Shown piece by piece: positions 9,101-15,620 of a stretch of 64,000 bases of DNA (position 1 is the first letter of the stretch; each line of letters starts with the position of its first letter). The notes below the pieces were generated by a model, which searched no databases, had not been told where the DNA came from, and was given only the letters and a program-made list of their open reading frames with translations. The DNA comes from Thermoplasmata archaeon (GTDB taxonomy: Archaea; Thermoplasmatota; Thermoplasmata; Lutacidiplasmatales; UBA184), in NCBI GenBank assembly GCA_038729445.1, contig JAVYSA010000002.1:1064-65063 (forward strand), written 5' to 3'. The translations under genes were made by a program, and so were the position numbers.

Positions 9101-11050
9101 GTTTCCGGGCTGACGATTTCTCATGTCACCATGAGCGGACTCAGCTTAGATGGGCTCGATCTCCTCGATACGGTAAACTGCAGGATTGCGGATATCGATC
9201 TCGCCGGAAATGGGGTCGCCGTTGCCTTCACGAACAGCAGCGAGCTCACCATCACCGGAGTGGTCGCCCAACAAGGCGGCATCGGAGTGATGGGCGGGCA
9301 GACTGCGCAATACGGTCTTGGGGCCACGATCTCCAGCGTCCAAGCCTCCGGCGGATCGCTCGGCGTCTCCTTGTCGGATGTGGCAAACACCACGGTCACG
9401 GGGGTGACCGCTGCCGATGCCTCTCTCGGAGTCTCCCTCTCGTATTCCCAGCTCGATTCCGTCTCCCAGGTGGATGCCACGAACTTGTCGGTCGGGGTCT
9501 ATGCCGTGCATACCGACAGCATCTCCATCTCCCACGTTGTTGCCGCCGATCCCGCCCCGGGGGCGTCACCGGGATTGGAGTATGAGTCGTATCTCGGCGC
9601 CACGGGGGTGCTGCCCGTCTCCGCAATCGTCTCGTCCGCCTCCTCGAACCTCGTCCTGACGAATCTCACCGTAACGGACTATCCGGCCGGGGTCGTCGAC
9701 TTTGGCTCCGGTGGCGGGGGTGCGACGGGGATTGTCGTCCAAGGGATGACCGCAACCAACGTCAGCTACGGTGCCTATCTTCAGGGCACGAACCACTCCA
9801 TGTTCTCCGGGCTGATGATCCGGCAAGCCTACGATGCCGTCTGGGCGGATGCTGGGCTCGATGACACATTTACGGCCAGCACGTTCGTGAACAGCTCATC
9901 GTTCGCGATCGTATTCCAGAACATGAGTGGCAGCCTCGTGTGGGATAACAGCTTCCTCGGCAACAATGGTGCGACATCGACCTACAGCGCGGCCCACATA
10001 CAGGCGGCGCAGTATGGCGGTTCTGGCAATCTCTGGTATCTCTGTGCGTCGCCGGGTTCGGGGTCCTGCCTCGGGAACTTCTGGTCCGATTGGCACACCT
10101 TCCTGCCCAACGGGCAGCTTGCACCGTACCAGATCTTCGGTCCCGGAGGTGTTTTTGATTACTACCCGATTCAGTTCCCCGCGGGACAGTCGCCCGTGAC
10201 ATTCGTGGCCACGGGATTGCCCTTCGGCCTTTCCTGGTCGGTGACGTTCGACGGGCTCACGCAGTCGGCCACGGGCTCGACGATCGTCTTTGGAGCCGCA
10301 GCGGGGAGCTACTCCTTTGCGGTCCGCTCCCCGAGTGGCTACACGGTCACCCCATCCAGCGGCACGCTGACTGTCGGTGCGCAGGGGGTGACCGTCATCG
10401 TGGCGTTCTCGACGCCCGCGATCTACCCGATCACGTTCAGCGCGGGAGGACTTGCCCGCGGAACGGTCTGGTCGGTGGCGGTGAACGGCCTTCGCCAATC
10501 GACAGCAGGCACCGCCGTGACATTCTACCTGCCGGATGGAAACTACACCTACGCGTTCGGAGCTGTCGCCGGCTACACCCTGACGGGCGGCAACGGGACG
10601 TTGGTCGTGAACGGCCAGCCCCTGGGCCTCGCCGCCATGTACACCTCAACGACTCCCGTGACATATTCCGTCATCTTTAGCGAGGGGGGCCTCGCTCCCG
10701 GCACCGTCTGGTCGGTCACGGTGGATGGGATCCGTCAGTCCACCTCAGGGTCCTCCGTATCGTTCTCCTTGCCGAGCGGGAATTACACCTATGCCTTCGG
10801 AGAGGTGAGCGGGTACACGGTGAGCGGCGGAAACGGGACAGTGACGGTCCGGGCCCAACCGACGAGCGTGGCGGCGACCTATCTGGCAACGCCAGGTCCG
10901 GCCCCGGCGTCGGCGTCGGATCTCACGACGTACTTCGCGATCGCCACGGGAATCGCCGTGGTCGGTCTCGCGGTCGCCGTGGCGGCCCTTCTCCTCCTGC
11001 GCCGACCGAGGCACGGGACCACCGCGCCGATGCCGCCGGGACCCCGCTAG
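6167..11050 (+). CDS. Large secreted, membrane-anchored thermopsin-family (peptidase A5) protein with a central right-handed beta-helix (PbH1-like) region and three C-terminal tandem domains
   Basis: Start set at ATG 6167: MTRRASRGIMGSMVAVAVVLAMMVPSSVLLPAASV looks like a signal peptide. Thermopsin landmarks match Sulfolobus thermopsin from memory: SAPAPLGIADYG, EFGVQLNTIGV, GYVWAQNVVNW, LHFLQDTWNFS, NFGTDTGETS. Long degenerate V/I-x-G/N-x-T/S repeats (...VTGVTAADASLGVSLS...) occupy roughly 8050-10050. The C-terminus carries a TM anchor, YFAIATGIAVVGLAVAVAALLLLRRPR. Very many N-x-S/T sequons. Confidence 0.85.
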   Translation: MTRRASRGIMGSMVAVAVVLAMMVPSSVLLPAASVSRPTAVGAGIFDGSGSSVSAGSVPSSAASAPPFVPQSSRWLNGAPSLPTLSHLPSNLQRFPWIQDLLHPHSGTPPLASVPNLQMLENPDHVVPGGLIYPSYGSAPAPLGIADYGLGTHPYAYNASFVNGRLTLTAPPNVTQPAASNVIGTSAAAERDGFVGSEYEFGVQLNTIGVNLTIPGTYNSTTNTWSGYVWAQNVVNWNDSGLHFLQDTWNFSLGSQTEWQYNSIYSGCGGNTGQANLILYVYGLVFQCSEGNVPLTAADYPVTLSLYNNFTTNPQGRSQLVYGYTITEAGVGRTISGIADTVVFNNTAPSYRNPTPPSNAPANSVDPFAVAPYVNATTGAQIDSEFDIVGGIEGANGVFSAINGSVQLLYANVTHDVFQNVPSAYNFGTDTGETSTGIADYWTPSHVLEIHQGPSMLYGLWNAEPQASVPSGDIHLAGAIDPSYGFVFVSNIPPVLNPWSSTESYNMSWMPTTANGTFNTYLPSLGGAWTNRYYVQAFADGYAEFNGTPVTGSNTTYNIVMVPSVGTLNAPLYMNGPGQASALTKALGGTGGSSYIFRNLVLDSNMSFARLNDWSFPDFVVFQSQGVNSVVVDNVTLGTDRGTIDQNSYLWDVPTKPGLFAAPVYVFLDNPYITSGINIFWGSDDQVLNQTVTYLCPPNMITGQQQCLGVNGRQVTLWGDTAARVENTQAIASYNVGVFVGGSVLTSVRSTDVASSGEGVTEVGSRQTTVTGMNVTSGSTGIVVQSSADGNYSWINVTGGLGIADGEDFGPHIPTIYDIPGTVDLTISELSVVYGGTGANITLSQGTTIRHVSLQDSHGIEIDMSSDLVGANVTANNSAAAYPVINSEEISFSSITLSDSVGGLIYSSRNVMIQGMDATNNSLGLLSEINSANVTLAGATATNLSGLAIYFDDMSSAGSISNAVVQSGPAPFVVLANDVSGLTISHVTMSGLSLDGLDLLDTVNCRIADIDLAGNGVAVAFTNSSELTITGVVAQQGGIGVMGGQTAQYGLGATISSVQASGGSLGVSLSDVANTTVTGVTAADASLGVSLSYSQLDSVSQVDATNLSVGVYAVHTDSISISHVVAADPAPGASPGLEYESYLGATGVLPVSAIVSSASSNLVLTNLTVTDYPAGVVDFGSGGGGATGIVVQGMTATNVSYGAYLQGTNHSMFSGLMIRQAYDAVWADAGLDDTFTASTFVNSSSFAIVFQNMSGSLVWDNSFLGNNGATSTYSAAHIQAAQYGGSGNLWYLCASPGSGSCLGNFWSDWHTFLPNGQLAPYQIFGPGGVFDYYPIQFPAGQSPVTFVATGLPFGLSWSVTFDGLTQSATGSTIVFGAAAGSYSFAVRSPSGYTVTPSSGTLTVGAQGVTVIVAFSTPAIYPITFSAGGLARGTVWSVAVNGLRQSTAGTAVTFYLPDGNYTYAFGAVAGYTLTGGNGTLVVNGQPLGLAAMYTSTTPVTYSVIFSEGGLAPGTVWSVTVDGIRQSTSGSSVSFSLPSGNYTYAFGEVSGYTVSGGNGTVTVRAQPTSVAATYLATPGPAPASASDLTTYFAIATGIAVVGLAVAVAALLLLRRPRHGTTAPMPPGPR
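10190..10894 (+). repeat. Three tandem ~77-79-aa domain repeats inside the thermopsin-family CDS
   Basis: R0 begins 10190 (SPVTFVATGLPFGLSWSVTFDGLTQSATGSTIVF...GSYSFAV..GYTVTPSSGTLTV). R1 begins 10421 (YPITFSAGGLARGTVWSVAVNGLRQSTAGTAVTF..GNYTYAF..GYTLTGGNGTLVV). R2 begins 10658 (YSVIFSEGGLAPGTVWSVTVDGIRQSTSGSSVSF..GNYTYAF..GYTVSGGNGTVTV). Confidence 0.8.
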
Positions 11051-11463
11051 GCGGGGGAAGGGGGGGAGGGACAGCGGCACCTCTCCCGCGGCAGAGGCCG
11101 CCGGGAATGGGCGGCGGGAGAGCGGTCCCTGACGCAAGCCTCTCTTGGACACCCCTCTGTCAATGCCCACGTCGGCGCTCGCCACCCGACAATGGTTCCG
11201 GATCGTGCGATCGAACCGAGTCGTCTCGGTCCCGCGGAGTGCTTCCCTGAAGCCCCCGTACAACGCCCGGTCCTTGAGGTCCGGTGACCGATCTTGAAGT
11301 CTCTCCCGTTCGGGGAACGACTGGAGTCCGCTGTACACGCAGACTTCGGACATCCAGGAAAAGGGGAGATCCGAGGGCACCCCTTGGCCGAAACCGTGCG
11401 GCCGAGGCGGGAGGCCCTCGCAAGCAATCTCCCCCGGGGTCGACCCAAGGGTGCGGTCGAGGC

Positions 11464-11523
11464 CTACTTCTTCTTCCGTCCCTTGGTGGCCTTCTTCTTG
11501 GCCTTGCCTGCCTTTCGGGGCAT
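11464..11523 (-). CDS. Candidate 19-aa lysine-rich micro-ORF (MPRKAGKAKKKATKGRKKK)
   Basis: ATG (plus-strand cat 11521-11523) sits 21 nt downstream of a TATA-like TTGAATAA (plus 11545-11552). Stop is TAG at 11464-11466. Found by hand, not in the ORF track. No homology recognised. Confidence 0.2.
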   Translation of the reverse strand: MPRKAGKAKKKATKGRKKK

Positions 11524-11682
11524 GTGACCCCATCGCTCGCAGGGTTATTCAATTGATGGGTGATACTCGCCCCGGTGTCCTCGTGGTCTGCGGAGAGGAG
11601 GGAGGTTGCGCCGGTCCTGCCGGGGCCCGGGGGCAATCCTCATCCTATGACGTAAAGGCGGTTGCCCTTGGGTCACCGACCG

Positions 11683-11689
11683 CTTAAAT
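11683..11689 (+). promoter_or_regulatory. TATA-like box (CTTAAAT) 23 nt upstream of the CDGSH ATG, implying a leaderless mRNA
   Basis: Isolated AT-rich element at leaderless spacing. Confidence 0.5.
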
Positions 11690-11712
11690 CCTCAGTCCCT
11701 GTTGACCCGGCG

Positions 11713-11889
11713 ATGGCGCACGTCGAGATCGAGTCGCGGGAGAATGGACCGAACATTGTCTTGGTCGACGGGAAGCCCGTGGCGGCGTTGTGCCGGTGCG
11801 GCCACAGCTCCAAGAAGCCCCACTGCGACGGTACGCACCGCACCGCCGGCTTTCAGGCGCCGGCCGCTCGCCTCGTCGTCGTTCCCTGA
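11713..11889 (+). CDS. CDGSH-type iron-sulfur domain protein (58 aa)
   Basis: MAHVEIESRENGPNIVLVDGKPVAALCRCGHSSKKPHCDGTHRTAGF contains the C-x-C-x2-(S/T)-x3-P-x-C-D-G-(S/T)-H signature. Start refined from track ORF 11662 to ATG 11713 using the TATA spacing. Confidence 0.8.
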   Translation: MAHVEIESRENGPNIVLVDGKPVAALCRCGHSSKKPHCDGTHRTAGFQAPAARLVVVP

Positions 11890-11974
11890 TTCGACCGCTC
11901 GGGCCCCTCCGCACCCCGAGGGGCTATCCGATCCGATCTCTCGGCGGCCCCAGGGCTGATACGGGGGGTATCGC

Positions 11975-13438
11975 GTGGAGTACAAGTGGAAGGCGTTCTC
12001 CGTCACGGCCGTCGGCACGATGATGGCCGCGATCGATGCCACGATCGTCCTTCTGGCCCTCGTGCCGATCGCCGGGGATCTCGCCGCCGGTTACGTGACG
12101 ATCGTCTGGGTGGTGATCGCCTACCTCCTTGCGACGACCGCCTTCATCCTGAGCTTCGGCCGCATGTCCGACCTCTACGGGCGCAAGCGGATGTACAACT
12201 TGGGGTTCGTCGTGTTCACCATCGGCTCGGCGCTCAGCGGATTTGCGACGGACGGAACGAGCCTCGTGGTCTTCCGGGCCATCCAAGGGGTGGGGGCCGC
12301 CCTCCTGACGGCGAACAGCTTCGCGATCCTCTCCGATGCGTTCCCGCGGGACGAGCGCGGCCGGGCCTTTGGAGCCGTCTCGGTGATCTGGGGGATCGGG
12401 TCGGTCGTCGGCATCATCCTCGGGGCGGCCATCATCACCGTGACGACGTGGAGGGCGATCTTCTGGATCAACATCCCGATCGGGATCCTTGGAACGCTGT
12501 GGGCGTACCGGGCCCTCCGAGAGGTTCGGGCCCCCGCGTCCGCCGGTGAGTCGTTCGACCTGCCGGCGGCCGTCCTGTTCACGGGGGGGTTGACATCCCT
12601 TCTCTTCGGAGTGACATGGGGTCTCCTCTCCTCATGGACGGATCCGGTCACCTTGGTGTCGATCGGTCTGGCCGTCCCGATCTTCGGCGCCTTCCTCCTG
12701 TGGGAGGCGCGCTACAGTCCGGCTCCCATCCTCGAACTCGGCATCTTCCGCGAGCGCCTGTTCGCCTCGGCGGTCTCGGCCTCCCTGTTCCAGTCGATGG
12801 CCACCTTCAGCGTCAATTTTCTCCTGGTGTTCTACCTCGAGGGGATCTACGGGCTGAGCATCTTGGAGAGCTCGTACCTGATCCTGCCGTACGCGATCGC
12901 CGTGGCGATCTTCGGCCCCCTCGGAGGCCGCCTTGTGGACCGGCACGGCGCCCGGCGCATCGCCCTCCTCGGTCTGTCGCTGCAGATCCTCTCCCTTGGA
13001 TCGCTGGCCTTCCTCACCCCCGGCACACCCATCGCGCTCCTCGGCCTCGTCGAGACGATCTTCGGGATCGGCGGGGGCCTCTTCTGGCCGGCCAACACCA
13101 GCATGGTGATGACGAACTCCCCGCGGGGCCAATACGGGGTCGGTTCCGGCATCCTCGGCACCTTCCGCAACACCGGGATGGTGCTCAGCTTTGCGGTCGG
13201 GTTGATCGCCGTGACCGCCACCATGCCCGCGACCCTGGTCTACCGCCTCTTCCTGGGCACGTTCGTCGGCACGCTGAGTCCGGGTGAGGCCCTGCAGTAC
13301 CTTCGCGGCCAGGCGGTCGCCTTCGGCCTTGGCCTGCTTCTCCTGGGACTGTCGCTGGCGATGACCTACCGTGCCGCGCATCCCGCGCGCGCCCCGTCGG
13401 GAGGCGGTTCGACCCGTCCGACCGTGGTCCCCCGCTAG
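11975..13438 (+). CDS. MFS transporter, 14-TMS DHA2/EmrB-like
   Basis: GTG start. MEYKWKAFSVTAVGTMMAAIDATIVLLALVPIAGDL...GRMSDLYGRKRMY...FRAIQGVGAALL. Hydrophobic periodicity throughout. Paralog of 60309..61766. Confidence 0.85.
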   Translation: MEYKWKAFSVTAVGTMMAAIDATIVLLALVPIAGDLAAGYVTIVWVVIAYLLATTAFILSFGRMSDLYGRKRMYNLGFVVFTIGSALSGFATDGTSLVVFRAIQGVGAALLTANSFAILSDAFPRDERGRAFGAVSVIWGIGSVVGIILGAAIITVTTWRAIFWINIPIGILGTLWAYRALREVRAPASAGESFDLPAAVLFTGGLTSLLFGVTWGLLSSWTDPVTLVSIGLAVPIFGAFLLWEARYSPAPILELGIFRERLFASAVSASLFQSMATFSVNFLLVFYLEGIYGLSILESSYLILPYAIAVAIFGPLGGRLVDRHGARRIALLGLSLQILSLGSLAFLTPGTPIALLGLVETIFGIGGGLFWPANTSMVMTNSPRGQYGVGSGILGTFRNTGMVLSFAVGLIAVTATMPATLVYRLFLGTFVGTLSPGEALQYLRGQAVAFGLGLLLLGLSLAMTYRAAHPARAPSGGGSTRPTVVPR

Positions 13439-13463
13439 GGAAGGGGATTGTCCCGATCGGCGC

Positions 13464-15590
13464 TCACGGTTTGGCCGGTGGGGCTGTCCCCGGCGATGTT
13501 CTGAGCGAGGGAGCGGGAGGGCTCGGCGTGCGGATCGGGGGACCCGGCAGCACGGGAAGTCGCCGCGGCCCGGCGATGTCTCTGCCGAGCCACCGGGCGA
13601 CAACGTGGCGGATGTCGTGGATGTACAGGTTTCCGTAGGGGCAGGCCTCCACGCAGTCCCCGACGCCGCAGCACTTCGAACTGCGGAACTCCCCCTTGGT
13701 GCGGAAATGGCCGGGCATATCGACCAGGCCGACCGGGCAACCCCGCGCGCAGTCGAGGGTGGTGCAGGCGCGGCAGACCTTGCGATCCCGGACCTTGAGC
13801 TTGAAGACCCCGACGCGATGGAACGCCTGCGCGATGATTCCGGTGTAGCACCATCCCATCGTCACGCAGTTGTAGTTGCCGGCGTACGGGATGAGAACGA
13901 ACCCCACGTACCACAGGACCCCGAACGATAGCGAGAAGAGGAACATCGTCGGGTCGAGCCCCAGGACCATCACGGACAGCCGTCCGGTGGCGTCGAGATA
14001 GGAGAGGACTGAGACGGAGAGGAGCGCGGCCATGGTCACCCCGATCGTCACCGAATAGACGGTGGAAAACCGGCTGCCCAGGTACCGGTGGGCGAACGGG
14101 GAGCTCCGGTTGAAGGTCTTCATCGCATCGATCGTCGTACCCTGGTACATCAATGGGGCCGTGCAGAATGCCGAGCACAGCCACCGCCGGCCGAACGCCA
14201 TCGACAGGATGGCCGTGGCGGCGTAGGTCGCAACGACGGCCCCGAGGACGGCCGGAGCCAGGGGAGCGCTCCCGATGCCCATGCTCCATCCGAGCAGGGG
14301 GATGAGGCTCGGGTTCGGGGATTGGGGAAAGACCTGGCTGTAGTAGAGGCTGGGGAAGAAGACGGCGAACGCCGCATAGCTCCCGAGCATCAGCGCGAAG
14401 CGAATCCGGGTCTCCCGGCTGCGCGTCGAGCCCCACCGGTAGACGACCAGGAGGCCCATCTCGGCGCCCATCATCGCGAGGAACCAGACCGAGGCGGTCG
14501 TAGCCGCGAGGAAGAGGAACGCGTTCGTCAGGGCACTGGTGAGTGCGGCCGCCGGATTGCCCCCGAGCGCGGCCAACCCCAGCGACCCGAACCACTGGGG
14601 AAGGAGGGCCTGATCGAGGATGGCCCCCATGAAGAGCTCGCCGACGAAGATCGCGGCCAAGACCCCCGTCGTCCAGCGTGCGTCGCGAAGCCAGGGCTTC
14701 AAGGGAGCGCCGGGCTCGGGCGTCGCGCGCACGACCCGATCGAAGTAGAGGATCATCTCCGCGACCAGGGCGGCTGCCAAGACGAGGCCGGTGGATCCGA
14801 TCTGCCAGAGGAAGACCCCGATCATCATGGCCGCGTAGACGAGGAGCAATGGCAGGAGGTATCCGGCGAAGGGGCCCGGAAGGGACGGGGTCCGGTAGAG
14901 GTGCTCCATCACGTAGACGATGATGCCGGTCATGACGACCGCACCTCCGACGAAGGCGACGAAGGGCCACCCCGTGTCCGGGACCGCGGTGGGGACAAGC
15001 ACCATGAGGATGGCCTGCCCCGCCAGCAGTGCCGGCAGTCCGGACGCCATCCGGCGTCCCAGCAGGCCGACCGTCAGGGCCATCTCCCCCGCCATCGTGA
15101 GCACGAACCAAGGGGAGAGGACGACGTTCACGAGGAGGCTCGTCGCGGGATTTCCCTCCCCCGTGGTCAGCGACGCGAGGGCAACACCGGAGGCCAGCGT
15201 GAAGACGAGTCCCATCAGGAATTCGCTGGTCAGGACCAGGAAGACCACCAGGAGGGCGAATCGCACGGTCGGCTGGAATGGCTGGGCGGCGTAGCCCGTT
15301 CCTCCTTCGGCGATCTGCCGGCGGGCGTCGCGCAGGAACTGCAGGAAGATGGGCACGACCGCGAGCGACATCGTGGCGCTGGTGACCCACAGTGCGTCGA
15401 CAAGACCGGCGGTGGTCCGGTTCAGCACGTACACGAGGCCGCCGAGGAGCATCGCCGCCATCATCGCGAGGAGGAAGACCGAGCCGGCGGCCCGGGCGGT
15501 GGTGCGGGAGTCCGCGCACATCCGGACCAGGAACGCGGTGGCCGCGACCATCCCGGCGGCCAGCGGAATCAGGACGGCTTCGTATGCCAT
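13464..15590 (-). CDS. Polytopic membrane protein of unknown family fused to a NapH/polyferredoxin-like C-terminal module with two [4Fe-4S]-type Cys clusters (708 aa)
   Basis: High GC3 and about 14 or more hydrophobic helices. There is an internal duplication (res ~108-180 versus ~303-386). The C-terminal part has GRRWLCSAFC, CRACTTLDCARGCP and CCGVGDCVEACP. Confidence 0.75.
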   Translation of the reverse strand: MAYEAVLIPLAAGMVAATAFLVRMCADSRTTARAAGSVFLLAMMAAMLLGGLVYVLNRTTAGLVDALWVTSATMSLAVVPIFLQFLRDARRQIAEGGTGYAAQPFQPTVRFALLVVFLVLTSEFLMGLVFTLASGVALASLTTGEGNPATSLLVNVVLSPWFVLTMAGEMALTVGLLGRRMASGLPALLAGQAILMVLVPTAVPDTGWPFVAFVGGAVVMTGIIVYVMEHLYRTPSLPGPFAGYLLPLLLVYAAMMIGVFLWQIGSTGLVLAAALVAEMILYFDRVVRATPEPGAPLKPWLRDARWTTGVLAAIFVGELFMGAILDQALLPQWFGSLGLAALGGNPAAALTSALTNAFLFLAATTASVWFLAMMGAEMGLLVVYRWGSTRSRETRIRFALMLGSYAAFAVFFPSLYYSQVFPQSPNPSLIPLLGWSMGIGSAPLAPAVLGAVVATYAATAILSMAFGRRWLCSAFCTAPLMYQGTTIDAMKTFNRSSPFAHRYLGSRFSTVYSVTIGVTMAALLSVSVLSYLDATGRLSVMVLGLDPTMFLFSLSFGVLWYVGFVLIPYAGNYNCVTMGWCYTGIIAQAFHRVGVFKLKVRDRKVCRACTTLDCARGCPVGLVDMPGHFRTKGEFRSSKCCGVGDCVEACPYGNLYIHDIRHVVARWLGRDIAGPRRLPVLPGPPIRTPSPPAPSLRTSPGTAPPAKP

Positions 15591-15620
15591 GGGACGTCGC
15601 CCGATCCTCGGGCGGAGCTC

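Noticed and set aside
10745-11533. 262-aa minus-strand ORF in the gap after the thermopsin gene (…MSEVCVYSGLQSFPERERLQDRSPDLKDRALYGGFREALRG…)
   Set aside because: GC3 is only about 80% by hand count and no motif was recognised. To reach its stop it must run ~300 nt antisense into the thermopsin gene. It is possibly a decayed gene and is left uncalled.
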